From a virus, in the IMG/VR virus record IMGVR_UViG_3300027733_000049, positions 10,239-74,238 of that record: a DNA stretch of 64,000 bases; one strand, 5' to 3'. The notes beneath the pieces were generated by a model. The model was not told the origin of the DNA and did not search any database. It worked only from the letters and a program-made list of their open reading frames with translations. Each line of letters begins with the position of its first letter. Positions within the stretch are counted from its first letter, which is position 1. Position numbers and translations under genes: made by a program. Positions 19,329 to 29,029 of the stretch are shown here, one piece after another.

Positions 19329-22143
19329 GTACTGTTGCTTTTGCGCAATCGATTACCAAAGCACTTACAGATGGCGTGGTCATATCTGATCCACGGGACA
19401 TGGCTTTCTTGACAACACCAAGCGATGCACCCAGTTTATTCAGGTCATCAACCAACGATTTGTATGAAACTTGATTGTCGCTACACCAGTCCCGCAGTAT
19501 CTTGACTGTGATAAATAGATGCTTGGTATCAGGCTCGTACCGAGTAATCAATTCTCCACGGGGTTCCCGTATCGGCACTTCGAACAGCCCTGACCGTTTG
19601 TCAGATGTGCTTTTAACAATCAACATATTGTTGTTGTGCTTGTTCAAAAATAATCCTAGGTGTGCCATTGGACCTGACGCGCCGGGGCGCACTTCAACTC
19701 TCATCCTACCAATTGTTTCCACAGCCCACTTATACACTGCTGCCACATCAATGTTGTGAAGTCCTAACTTCTTTGTAATTAAACCGGAAGTGATGGCACA
19801 TGCCGCCTTCGCAGACCAAAAGCGTTCACGCTGAGTAAGCCCTGCCGCCTTGTCAAACTTGCGTTGGATTTTCTCCAACATCTTTTTAACTTCAGGCAGA
19901 TTGGTAATGACGTAGCGAATGAATACTTCACCTGCCACACCGTAGTTGTCGTACATAGCGTTGAAAGCCGAATCAGACTCAGCCTTCGTCATGTTGTCGG
20001 TCTTAGAGATTGTGAACTCCAAGATACGCATTAACTCACCTTCAGGGAAGTCCTTCAAGTTGAACAACTGATCGTACAAGCTCTTGTTGCCTGATGTAAT
20101 TGCTATCAAAGCCCAGCGCAGTGTATTGCTACGCTCTGCATTAACTTGTGACTGCATACGGTTACGCCCCCGACCATGCGTAATGCTGTACGCCATGTTG
20201 CTAACTTCTTCGTCAGCCATGTTGGTCAACTCATCAATCGTTGCAGGCAAATTACCAAGAATAGAAACACGGTGCATACGGGCAAGGTACTTGTCCTCCT
20301 GATTCATCAAGGTCTCAATAGGGCGACCCCAAATGCTGTTGACCATGTGCTGAACCGTGGTCTTGCCCACACCCGAGCCGTTGTTAGTCAGGTGGATGAT
20401 GCCGCCACTGAGGTTAGTGAACTTGAACAACGCAGAACCAAATCCTGCAAACAAAATAAATGCACGGTCTTCGTTACCGGCACGGGAGTAGTTGTTAGCC
20501 AACTTAGCCCACTCATGGATCGTACCTTTCTTGGAATACATAGCCGCCAACTCAGCCGTTGCCGATGATGATGGGCTGTAGTTGACCCCTGCCGCAGTGA
20601 TCTCACGGTTGCCTACGACAAACGTTTCATCGTTATCACACCAACCAAATTGTTGACGTGCCTTTTCTGCTTCTGATAGTTGCTGTAATTCATTTACCCA
20701 TCGGGTGATATATGCCATAAGTCCATCCAATCTTTTGTTATATGCGGTAACCCCTTGATAAGCCAGTACTTCACGGAACTTGTCCTTTGACAGCACACTC
20801 GCCAACGGGCAGGAAAATTCACGGATTCCATCTTTAGGCATGTGTAACCGCATCCATAAAGATTCACCCGTATCAGGGTCAGTAAGTCGTTTGACTACAT
20901 ACAAGTCGTATTCATAAATCAACGTATCTCGTTCTTCTTCATCGTCCTCGTCCTTCTTCTTGGCTTTATCAGACTGGATTCCACGCTTGTACACGCCACC
21001 ATTCTTTCCACGAAAATACGGAAATGGGTACTCCGGAATCTCAACTGTAATTTCTTCTTCCAACGTAGCATTGCGCATTACTACAATGTTGTCCTCTGCG
21101 GTAGCCTCTGCAATCTGCGAACCAATCTGAATGGGCGATGTGATCTTGCCTTTGTTGGGACAGTCAACGCATCCATCAGGATTTAGCCCTGCAAAAGTAG
21201 AACACTTGTATGGCTTTGTAAGTAATAGGTTTGCTTTGTCCCGTGTTTCTTTTGGGTCGTACTCAGGGTGACCATGCGAAATCTTGTGGATAGCCAACTC
21301 ACCATCTTCACAATTTACAGCAATCGACAGCCCTGCTCTCCACAACGGCTCTTCAGTAGCCTCTTGGTTTCGATACACTGAAACAAGTTGTGCGCAACCT
21401 TTACCTTGTGCGCTCTTACGCATGATCGTTCCAAACCGTGACACGCTGTTACCCATCAAAGCACGGGTCGTTGCATCCATTGGTTGTTTACGTACAGGGG
21501 TAGCAAACGGTAGATCAGCATCCCCATCGTCCACTGTGATACCAACGATAGCTTGGAATCTGCTGAACTCTATGGGTTGTGAACTCACCAAAACATTTAC
21601 GGGTTTGGGTGGTGAGTCCTTGAAGTTTAATGTTTCCGGTACTCGTAGGATGCGAGCTGCATCGGCTGTAACAGCGGGATCTGCATACAAGTTGTAGGAA
21701 GCACAGAACTTCTTAAACGCTTCAGCAGTTGGCTTCCAATCGTTGTAGAAAATTGTTTCTGTTAATGCCCAGTATGCGTGAACGCCACGCCCTGAGTTTA
21801 TAAGTGTTGGTCTTGGGAGTCCGGTTGTCTGTACAAACTGTTTGAGTGCATCTATTGCTTGTGCTTGTGTTTCATAGGGCTTGTTATCACCGCAATCAAG
21901 GTCAAGCCAAAAGGCTTTGAACCATTTTGCGTTCTGCGCTGTACGTCCTTCTGAAACGTTCAGATATTTTGCACATCCAAAGTACGCATCGTATCCTTGT
22001 GCAATTAGTCCTTCTACTACACCGTCAATCTCTTCTAATGTCTCTACAAAAGTCTGTCTAGGCGCACCCTTCTTCAACCCCACCACACAGTACATGCCAT
22101 CAGGGGCAAGCACCGATGAGAGAAAGGGAATCCTTGAGGTCAT
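19282..22143 (-). CDS. AEP/RepB-type primase fused to DUF927-type helicase
   Basis: WLDLD, NSGRGVHAYW, DAARILRVP (primase); Cys cluster; Walker A GSGVGKTT, Walker B IDE. Confidence 0.85.
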   Translation of the reverse strand: MTSRIPFLSSVLAPDGMYCVVGLKKGAPRQTFVETLEEIDGVVEGLIAQGYDAYFGCAKYLNVSEGRTAQNAKWFKAFWLDLDCGDNKPYETQAQAIDALKQFVQTTGLPRPTLINSGRGVHAYWALTETIFYNDWKPTAEAFKKFCASYNLYADPAVTADAARILRVPETLNFKDSPPKPVNVLVSSQPIEFSRFQAIVGITVDDGDADLPFATPVRKQPMDATTRALMGNSVSRFGTIMRKSAQGKGCAQLVSVYRNQEATEEPLWRAGLSIAVNCEDGELAIHKISHGHPEYDPKETRDKANLLLTKPYKCSTFAGLNPDGCVDCPNKGKITSPIQIGSQIAEATAEDNIVVMRNATLEEEITVEIPEYPFPYFRGKNGGVYKRGIQSDKAKKKDEDDEEERDTLIYEYDLYVVKRLTDPDTGESLWMRLHMPKDGIREFSCPLASVLSKDKFREVLAYQGVTAYNKRLDGLMAYITRWVNELQQLSEAEKARQQFGWCDNDETFVVGNREITAAGVNYSPSSSATAELAAMYSKKGTIHEWAKLANNYSRAGNEDRAFILFAGFGSALFKFTNLSGGIIHLTNNGSGVGKTTVQHMVNSIWGRPIETLMNQEDKYLARMHRVSILGNLPATIDELTNMADEEVSNMAYSITHGRGRNRMQSQVNAERSNTLRWALIAITSGNKSLYDQLFNLKDFPEGELMRILEFTISKTDNMTKAESDSAFNAMYDNYGVAGEVFIRYVITNLPEVKKMLEKIQRKFDKAAGLTQRERFWSAKAACAITSGLITKKLGLHNIDVAAVYKWAVETIGRMRVEVRPGASGPMAHLGLFLNKHNNNMLIVKSTSDKRSGLFEVPIREPRGELITRYEPDTKHLFITVKILRDWCSDNQVSYKSLVDDLNKLGASLGVVKKAMSRGSDMTTPSVSALVIDCAKATVLDPEDTPPSPSDDPQ

Positions 22144-22191
22144 TGTTCGCTCTTAAAAAATACCGATAACCTACTGGCGATAGGTTAAAAG

Positions 22192-22449
22192 TCAAATTGT
22201 TGATTGGTTGCTTTTGGCTCTGAGTGTCTTGATGACTTCGGCAATCGTTTCTCGCATCTTGGGGTGGGGCAATGATCTGCCCAAGAACCACATATATGCC
22301 GCTTGCCTTGATACACCAATATATTCAGCTACATCTTGCACCGGAATGTCTCGGTCAATACATATGCGTCCAAGTTGCACACCAATATGTTTTTGGTCTG
22401 CCGCCTTGTTTGCTTGTATAAACTTTCGTGAATAGCCTGTGTTGTTCAT
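22192..22449 (-). CDS. helix-turn-helix DNA-binding protein (XRE/Cro-like)
   Basis: VQDVAEYIGVSRQAAYMWFLG. Confidence 0.75.
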   Translation of the reverse strand: MNNTGYSRKFIQANKAADQKHIGVQLGRICIDRDIPVQDVAEYIGVSRQAAYMWFLGRSLPHPKMRETIAEVIKTLRAKSNQSTI

Positions 22450-22458
22450 AGTGAAGGT

Positions 22459-22508
22459 GGGGGTACTAACCGCTCGTCCGCAAGCAAAAATTGCACGGCT
22501 TTCCCCCC
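22459..22508 (-). ncRNA. candidate structured RNA (loop-E motif plus multi-way junction)
   Basis: - strand GGGGG-GAA-AGCCG...CGGUU-AGUA-CCCCC with two inner hairpins. Confidence 0.45.
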
Positions 22509-22513
22509 GATAT

Positions 22514-22753
22514 TTATAAATTTATATCACTCACAAGTCCGTAAGTGCCACGATTCCACAAAAGGGTTTGCACCCTTGTAGCACCCAAACGAATTAGTTC
22601 TTCTTCACTGAAGCGTTGCTTAGTAACACGGGGATACCCCGGTCCTACAAACACACTACCGTTACGAAAGTGCGGTACATAAACCACTTCACCAAACTTC
22701 AAAGCAGTTTGGAATTCACGTGGTGCAGAGTCAGAAGTGTTACGTCTAGACAT
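22514..22753 (-). CDS. hypothetical protein
   Basis: Coupled to the SSB stop codon (TAATG). Confidence 0.6.
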   Translation of the reverse strand: MSRRNTSDSAPREFQTALKFGEVVYVPHFRNGSVFVGPGYPRVTKQRFSEEELIRLGATRVQTLLWNRGTYGLVSDINL

Positions 22754-23631
22754 TACTCAGCCCAATCATCTAAGATTGCATCCACATCTTTTGGTGCGGC
22801 TTTCTTAACACGCTTTGTTGGCTCGACTTCAGGGGCTACTTCAGCCTCAACCTTTGGTGCGGCTTTTGGCGCAGGGGCTTCAATGGCTTTGGATTTCACA
22901 CCATCTGTCTGTGCAACAGTAGAAGCAGTAGCGGCTTTGGCATCTGCGGACTGACCCTTCTCCTGACAAGTTGTCATCTCCTCTTCTTCCAAAGGACGCA
23001 CGGCTTTGAACGTCAGCTTGGGTGTTGCACTTGCAGTATCAAAGCGCATCTCTGTCACGACTGCTGTAACTGGCAGACCATGACCGCCCAAGAACTTAGC
23101 ATAAGCCTGCAAAGGCATCTTGCCATTCTCAGCGTTACCAAAGATTGACTGCGCAGGAAGCGTCAGTTGATACACATCTCCTTGGAGATCGTTCTCAAGG
23201 GTAACTGCCAATCGTTGGCTGTAACGGCAAGCACGACCATTGCCCTGTCCTGAACCTGCAATGTTTTGTGGGCAGTTAGCGCACTTCGATGCTTGTGGTT
23301 CATCAACTTTAGTATCAGGGGTGACACCATCGTTTGACCAACATGTGGGGGCAACATTTTTGCCTTCTTCATAAGTACCTTCATAGTAGCTACGTGAAAC
23401 GTGGGGGTTAGCCGCAACGATCACAATGTTCATTGAACGATCTTCGTTCTGTGCAATCTCTTTACCGTCAACAAGCATACGGAATACATTGCCACGGATT
23501 GAGATGCGCTTACCAGTTGAGCCGCTACCACTAGAACCCATGAGGGCTTTTGTAGTTGCATCCAATTCTAGATTGCGTAAGTGTGCGGGTAAATTGTTAC
23601 CACCTTTTGAAAATAGAGTCATTGCTGTCAT
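22753..23631 (-). CDS. putative ssDNA-binding protein
   Basis: In the replication module; CWSNDG..CANCP..RACRY; flexible linker and acidic aromatic tail DAILDDWAE. Confidence 0.6.
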   Translation of the reverse strand: MTAMTLFSKGGNNLPAHLRNLELDATTKALMGSSGSGSTGKRISIRGNVFRMLVDGKEIAQNEDRSMNIVIVAANPHVSRSYYEGTYEEGKNVAPTCWSNDGVTPDTKVDEPQASKCANCPQNIAGSGQGNGRACRYSQRLAVTLENDLQGDVYQLTLPAQSIFGNAENGKMPLQAYAKFLGGHGLPVTAVVTEMRFDTASATPKLTFKAVRPLEEEEMTTCQEKGQSADAKAATASTVAQTDGVKSKAIEAPAPKAAPKVEAEVAPEVEPTKRVKKAAPKDVDAILDDWAE

Positions 23632-23646
23632 TTAGTTTCTCCTGAG

Positions 23647-23880
23647 TTAAAGAGCGATCCATTCGCCATTGTGATCCACGTACTGTGTATCGAGATTACC
23701 GTCACACCATGTAATGATGTGTCCGATTGATGGGACTTGTTCTACAAAGAACTTGATAGTCCTTGTCATGTCAGTGCAATTGCCAGCAGGCATGTGAACG
23801 TGACCCACATTCTTTATTAGGTCGTAGGTTACGTTTGTAACTTCACACCCAAAATAGTGGTGATCAATAGCACTACTCAT
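23647..23880 (-). CDS. hypothetical protein
   Basis: AGGAG RBS; ATGA overlap with upstream ORF. Confidence 0.6.
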   Translation of the reverse strand: MSSAIDHHYFGCEVTNVTYDLIKNVGHVHMPAGNCTDMTRTIKFFVEQVPSIGHIITWCDGNLDTQYVDHNGEWIAL

Positions 23881-24053
23881 TTAGTGTCTCCTGATGTATT
23901 TGTCATGGCTTCAAGGTCTGAGCGTTTGACTCGTACCTTTGTGCCTACTTTGAAATGCGGAATCTTTCCCGCACGGATTAGCGCATAGACCGTCTGTCGA
24001 GAGACACGCAAGTATTTTGCTACCTCTTCAACGGTCAGAGTTTCAACTTCCAT
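23877..24053 (-). CDS. excisionase-family (HTH_17/MerR-like) DNA-binding protein, 58 aa, not in the ORF track
   Basis: MEVETLTVEEVAKYLRVSRQTVYALIRAGKIPHFKVGTKVRVKRSDLE; AGGAGG RBS. Confidence 0.8.
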   Translation of the reverse strand: MEVETLTVEEVAKYLRVSRQTVYALIRAGKIPHFKVGTKVRVKRSDLEAMTNTSGDTK

Positions 24054-24450
24054 TTGAAGTCCTCCTGATGGTTACAGAATATTTAGAATCGACATTCATG
24101 CCAATTGGCATCATGTCGGGGTTTTCGTCAAGCAACTGTCTCATCGTGGTCTGACTGATGCGCTTCTCTAAAAGTTCAGGCATCTTGTGTTCCATGATGA
24201 AGTTGTGCATGGCTTGCCAATCACTTGTCCAGTAACGGGTTTTGACACCACGTATTACCGTACCGTGTTGGGTTTTAAGACTATCAGCACCAACGGATTT
24301 ACAGAGGTCAAGCAATCTGCCTTCCACTGTTTCCATCTGTTCTTTTATAGTCCCGTCCTGCTCTTCGTACTCTCGCAGAAGTTCAGCACGTTTGTCCCGC
24401 ATTTTTATGTATGCGGTGACAAGTCTATCAGCCGAAATGGTTTCGGTCAT
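24043..24450 (-). CDS. hypothetical coiled-coil protein
   Basis: AAGGAGAGGA RBS; 135-aa ORF. Confidence 0.7.
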   Translation of the reverse strand: MTETISADRLVTAYIKMRDKRAELLREYEEQDGTIKEQMETVEGRLLDLCKSVGADSLKTQHGTVIRGVKTRYWTSDWQAMHNFIMEHKMPELLEKRISQTTMRQLLDENPDMMPIGMNVDSKYSVTIRRTSNGS

Positions 24451-24476
24451 GTTCCTCTCCTTCTATTTATGTTTTG

Positions 24477-24504
24477 ATATTACACCTAAATTTTACAATG
24501 TCAA
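24477..24504 (-). promoter_or_regulatory. putative sigma70 promoter
   Basis: TTGACA-16-TAATAT on the - strand, intergenic. Confidence 0.5.
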
Positions 24505-24510
24505 GAGTTA

Positions 24511-26058
24511 TTATCTCAGTAGTTCCCCGTATAACTGAATAATTTTGTGATGTATATCAACCTTGCTGTTGAGCATGGTGTACATACGTCTCTCGACTCC
24601 ACTACCTTGCAGATGCACGACGGTCGTAGGGTTCTTTTGCCCTGCTCTGTGTACCCGTGCGTTGCATTGCAAATACGTTTCCACGGACATCACTGGACTC
24701 CAATACACAATTGTGTTTGCGGCATGGAGTGTGACACCGTGTGATGCGGCTTGCGGTTGGATGACCAACACTTGCAAGTCATTCTTTGTTTGGAAGCGTT
24801 CAAATATTTCAGAACGCTTTGATGCAGATACCCCACCATGAATTACAGTAGTAGGATACCCATGTTTCTTTAAATCGTCAGCTACAACTTCAATAGCATG
24901 ACGATAGGGTACGAACACCAGAACCTTGTGACTTGATTCCTCTATAACTTCTCGTAGTATGGCTAAACGATTGCTTGCATCAAAGTGAATCACCTCGCCT
25001 GTATCTGAATACACAGCACCACCTGATAGTTGTAGTAGCTTATTCAAATTAGCCGCAGCATTTACTGTTGTTATCTCCTCACCTGCCGCTTGCACTATCA
25101 ATTGCTTGCGTAGCAGTTCGTAGTATTTCGTTTGCTGTGCCGTAAGCGGTACATCTCGTGTGACATAAGTCATCTCAGGCAAGTCAAGACATTCTTCTTT
25201 TGTAAATCGTATTGCGGGTTGCAACGCCTTATACACCACGTTGTCTGCATCAGGTTTTGGAACCCACTTAAACTGAGTGACCTTATTCATAACCTGATCT
25301 CTAAAGCCTCCAAAGAATCTAGGGACTCCATCAGGGTTTACAAGTTTGGCGATGCCGTATGCGTCTGTTGGTGACTGTGATGCAGGCGTGCCAGTTAACA
25401 TCCACAGCCATGTATCGGGCGTGACTAGTTTGCTCAACACCTTCCAACGTCTTGTCTGTGGATTTTTATATGCGTTAGCCTCGTCAATGACGATTAGATC
25501 AAAGCCACCCTGTGCAATGGTGTCCGCAATGATCTCTACACCATCGTAATTCACAATAATAAATTCAGCCTCACCTTTAATTATTTCTTTACGCTTCTCA
25601 GGCTTGCCATACGCAACATCCACCTTGCGGTGCATAGCGAATTTGAACAAGTCATTACGCCAAGCGGAATCCATAATCGATAGTGGGCATATCACAAGCA
25701 CACGTTTTATGCGATTGAGTGTCATCAGGTAATCAGCCGCCCATATCACTGAAGCAGTTTTACCAGTGCCTTGTTCATTAAAACAAAATGCGCGTCTGTG
25801 TAACGTCAAGAACGAGGAAGTTTCTCGTTGGTGATCGAACGGTTTAAATAGCCCGGGCCACTTGTATGATGCGTTTATCGGTGAAGGTATTGGTATGCGT
25901 AAGTTCTTCAGAACTATGGCTTCCTCTAACCCCCAGTTAACTAACACATCTGAATGTCCATCAAATGTTTGTATTACCTTACTCTTTGGGATCACAGTTG
26001 TGATGCGATCCGGATTGCGTACCTTGAGCAATACTGCTCTGTTATCTATGATCTCCAT
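24511..26058 (-). CDS. SNF2-family helicase
   Basis: EQGTGKT, IVIDEA, LTGTP, QCNARVHRAGQ; start moved to ATG 26058 after GGAG. Confidence 0.85.
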   Translation of the reverse strand: MEIIDNRAVLLKVRNPDRITTVIPKSKVIQTFDGHSDVLVNWGLEEAIVLKNLRIPIPSPINASYKWPGLFKPFDHQRETSSFLTLHRRAFCFNEQGTGKTASVIWAADYLMTLNRIKRVLVICPLSIMDSAWRNDLFKFAMHRKVDVAYGKPEKRKEIIKGEAEFIIVNYDGVEIIADTIAQGGFDLIVIDEANAYKNPQTRRWKVLSKLVTPDTWLWMLTGTPASQSPTDAYGIAKLVNPDGVPRFFGGFRDQVMNKVTQFKWVPKPDADNVVYKALQPAIRFTKEECLDLPEMTYVTRDVPLTAQQTKYYELLRKQLIVQAAGEEITTVNAAANLNKLLQLSGGAVYSDTGEVIHFDASNRLAILREVIEESSHKVLVFVPYRHAIEVVADDLKKHGYPTTVIHGGVSASKRSEIFERFQTKNDLQVLVIQPQAASHGVTLHAANTIVYWSPVMSVETYLQCNARVHRAGQKNPTTVVHLQGSGVERRMYTMLNSKVDIHHKIIQLYGELLR

Positions 26059-26079
26059 GCCATCTCCAATAGCGTTGCA

Positions 26080-26100
26080 CTTCAAACACGGTGTTTGAAG
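26080..26100. promoter_or_regulatory. perfect 10-1-10 inverted repeat (operator-like)
   Basis: CTTCAAACAC-G-GTGTTTGAAG just upstream of the SNF2 RBS. Confidence 0.5.
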
Positions 26101-26104
26101 GAAA

Positions 26105-26225
26105 ATCCCCGTCTTTCCGAGGTGTCAGTCAGTTCCCAACTGAAAGGAATGTCGTACTGACTGGTGCGGTTATTCCATGAAACAGGATGTTAGTCCTCGG
26201 TCTTGCTATCACTCACACCTTACTT
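26105..26225 (-). ncRNA. candidate structured RNA
   Basis: Stems GGUGUG/CGCACC, CAGUCAG/CUGACUG (inner UUCC/GGAA) and CCUCG-GAAAGA-CGGGG. Confidence 0.4.
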
Positions 26226-26264
26226 CGCTTGACTCACGTAATTCAAATACAATCAATCTCCAAC

Positions 26265-26525
26265 TTACGCCATCGACTTATCAGACTTGCGCCTGAAAGA
26301 ACGATTCTTTGAGGGGGCTTGCAACTTATAACCGTCTGCATTACTGCCACCCTTTGATAAGGCTTTGACGTGGGCAACATCTTTACCCGTGCGGTCAACG
26401 CCCTTCTTATCTAATGCTCGTCTAGCACGCTGTCGCTCCATACGGGCTTCATGCGCACCTGAACGTTTTTTCTCTAAATCCCATTCGTGTTTAGCGTCAC
26501 GATCCGTTTTGTTTTTGTACGGCAT
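26265..26525 (-). CDS. small HNH-like protein
   Basis: KDVAHVKALSKGGSN...SKNRS, a betabetaalpha-Me-like pattern. Confidence 0.6.
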   Translation of the reverse strand: MPYKNKTDRDAKHEWDLEKKRSGAHEARMERQRARRALDKKGVDRTGKDVAHVKALSKGGSNADGYKLQAPSKNRSFRRKSDKSMA

Positions 26526-27212
26526 TTATCCGTTCCTTCCATTGTGTGAACAATCTAGCACAGGACACCACGCTTTGCAAGTGAAGTTTTGTTTGGGATT
26601 AAACACCCCAGTTTCATACGCAGTCTCTCTCGATACTAACGAACCATCTAACTCTGAAAACACTTCTAAACCAGTTGATGCTTGGTACTCAGACCGTACA
26701 AAATCTTTACACACGACAAACAACAAGCCAGCCTTAACACGTTCTATCTCGGGAAAGTGTAGGAACACGCAGGCAGACATGAGGGCTAACTGTTTTGGGT
26801 CAGCGTACCTACTGCTCTTGCCCGTCTTGTAGTCAATGATTCGTGCGTCTTTCTTCTCGGTGTCTAAGATAACCAAGTCTGCTACACCACGATACCAAAC
26901 TTCTTTATCAAAGAATCCACAAGGGGCAAGGCGTCCATCCACCTTCTTGATGCCCATCTTGTGTTCACATAACTTCTCACCTTTCATGTTGGCTAACTTC
27001 TGCAACATCGACTCCATGTACGAATACTTGGCAGGGATCGGTGTACCGTCTTTGATATATTTTTCAGCCGCAAGGTGTACGTCAGTCCCGTACATCATTG
27101 CTTCGCTCTCAGGCTCCTTAATATCTTTCACCACACGCAAGTGGTAATACTTCTTAGGACACTGATCGAACAGCGAAAGACTTGAGTAACTCCATGCAGG
27201 CACTTTGACCAT
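26526..27212 (-). CDS. PD-(D/E)XK (Cas4/RecB-like) exonuclease
   Basis: WSYSSL..FDQCP, GVADL, IIDYKTGK, QL, C-terminal CxWCP...C. Confidence 0.85.
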   Translation of the reverse strand: MVKVPAWSYSSLSLFDQCPKKYYHLRVVKDIKEPESEAMMYGTDVHLAAEKYIKDGTPIPAKYSYMESMLQKLANMKGEKLCEHKMGIKKVDGRLAPCGFFDKEVWYRGVADLVILDTEKKDARIIDYKTGKSSRYADPKQLALMSACVFLHFPEIERVKAGLLFVVCKDFVRSEYQASTGLEVFSELDGSLVSRETAYETGVFNPKQNFTCKAWCPVLDCSHNGRNG

Positions 27213-29029
27213 TAACAATCTCCGTATGAGGCTCCGAACCCTGATTCACAATTTAGTGGGACACCTTCAGCCCACTGTGGCACGAACCGCATACATTCTT
27301 CAACATATGCAACAGCTTCGACGGCTTGCTCTATTGGAGCTACGCACGCCACAGCATCGTGTACAGTGAGTACAACACGGTATCTCTTCGCAATCTTTAG
27401 CATCTGCTCACCAATTATGCAACGTGCCAAGCCCTGACAAATGTTCTCTGTCAACTTGCCCCCGTACAGCTTTACTGAGCCTCTGCGTGAATCATAAATA
27501 TACTGCTCTTTACCATCTTTGTCTTTAAATTTTTTCAAGTTAGGGTATCTTTGGTACATCCCGTTGGGCATGAGAACCCCGTCCTTGCCTATGGTCACAG
27601 CCCCATTACCCCATGTGGCAGTACGCCCCTTGGACAGCGCCTCAATTGCCTTGTTCCCACTTTGCCACAACGAGGGTATCCACGGGTACGTCTCACGGTA
27701 CACGTCTATGACCCGCTTGGATGCGTCATCTTCAATGTCCACTCCAAACGTCTTGAGTTGCGCTTTAAATTTAGGCGCTCCCATGCCGTACCCCGCACCC
27801 AAAATGGTTGTTTTTCCAACAAACCTTTCGCCCTTATTGATTTCTTCGACATCCTTGTTGTATATAGCAGACGCCATGATTTTGTATACATCCTTGCCAT
27901 CTCTGAAAGCCTCCACTAAGTCTGTCTGCCCTGCAAACCAAGCCAACACACGGGCTTCAATCTGCGCTGAGTCACAGTCAATAATTACATGACCCTCGGG
28001 TGCAAGGATAGACCGCTTGATCTTGCCTGCGTTATCGCCCCGTGAGGGAAGGTTTTGAAAGTTCAACTTGTCAGCCCCACCCCACCGTCCCGTGTGGGCG
28101 GCATAGTAAGACAGAGGTACAGGTATCAGTCCTCGGGAGGCAATCCCAAGCAGGCGTTCGGTACGAGTCTCCTCAAGCGTAGTCTTGTTACCCAACCGTG
28201 CGGCAACAAGTAACTGCACCCTCTCATCAGGATGTTCAGCCAAAGCCTTGAACCCTTCATCAGACTTAGCCAGTGCCAACGTCTCCCTGCCCGTGGTCAA
28301 ACTAATCTTCATGGGCGGCTCAACCCCAAGTTCTCCTAGTAACTTGGCAAACTTCTGATTGGACATGAGGTTGTCCAAGTCAGTCGTTGTATCGTTGATT
28401 AGGTCCTGCTTACGTTTCTTGACGTGTACAAGATGTTGCTCCAAGACGGGTACATCCAAGCGCAGGACCGGCTCTGTAAACATACGCACGGTCAGATCAA
28501 TCAGTTTCAACTCGACCTTCTGAAACATCGGGAGCAACGTCAGGAACAAATCGTACGTCAGGTCAACGTCATTGACGCAGTACCTTGCATACATTTTCAT
28601 TTGGTGGATAGGAAAGTCAGTACGTCTAATGCCTAGCGCATTGATGACCTCATCTCCTTTCTCACCCAAGTTGTAGTACTTGACCAACTTAGCCAAACTG
28701 TTACCGACCTCAGTACCGTGTACGGCACGTGCCATGCTCAATGTATCTGCAATAGCTTTGGGTTTAATACCAAGAACCCAATTCAATATAGACATATCGA
28801 ACATGGCATTGTGGGCAACAACCATGCTGTTGTCCCAGTCATACCGCAACAACTGTTGACGTAACAGTTCATGCTCGCCAGAAAAGAATCGTGTCTTTTC
28901 ATCGTTGACCTTGACGCCTACGCCAATGATCTCAAACCTTGGATCACGCACGTACTCCTCTGTGGTGATCTTTGATAATGAAAACTCTTTGTCGTAGTAC
29001 GTCTCAAAGTCTATGGTGATAACATCCAT
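27212..29029 (-). CDS. polA: DNA polymerase, family A
   Basis: Exo DFETY/HNAMFD; TGRW..LNFQNLP; motif A DSAQIEAR; motif B KTTILGAGYG; motif C TVHDA. Confidence 0.92.
   Translation of the reverse strand: MDVITIDFETYYDKEFSLSKITTEEYVRDPRFEIIGVGVKVNDEKTRFFSGEHELLRQQLLRYDWDNSMVVAHNAMFDMSILNWVLGIKPKAIADTLSMARAVHGTEVGNSLAKLVKYYNLGEKGDEVINALGIRRTDFPIHQMKMYARYCVNDVDLTYDLFLTLLPMFQKVELKLIDLTVRMFTEPVLRLDVPVLEQHLVHVKKRKQDLINDTTTDLDNLMSNQKFAKLLGELGVEPPMKISLTTGRETLALAKSDEGFKALAEHPDERVQLLVAARLGNKTTLEETRTERLLGIASRGLIPVPLSYYAAHTGRWGGADKLNFQNLPSRGDNAGKIKRSILAPEGHVIIDCDSAQIEARVLAWFAGQTDLVEAFRDGKDVYKIMASAIYNKDVEEINKGERFVGKTTILGAGYGMGAPKFKAQLKTFGVDIEDDASKRVIDVYRETYPWIPSLWQSGNKAIEALSKGRTATWGNGAVTIGKDGVLMPNGMYQRYPNLKKFKDKDGKEQYIYDSRRGSVKLYGGKLTENICQGLARCIIGEQMLKIAKRYRVVLTVHDAVACVAPIEQAVEAVAYVEECMRFVPQWAEGVPLNCESGFGASYGDC

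Noticed and set aside
22148-22160. boxA-like CGCTCTTAAA on the + strand
   Set aside because: Wrong orientation for local transcription; its complement is probably the primase RBS region
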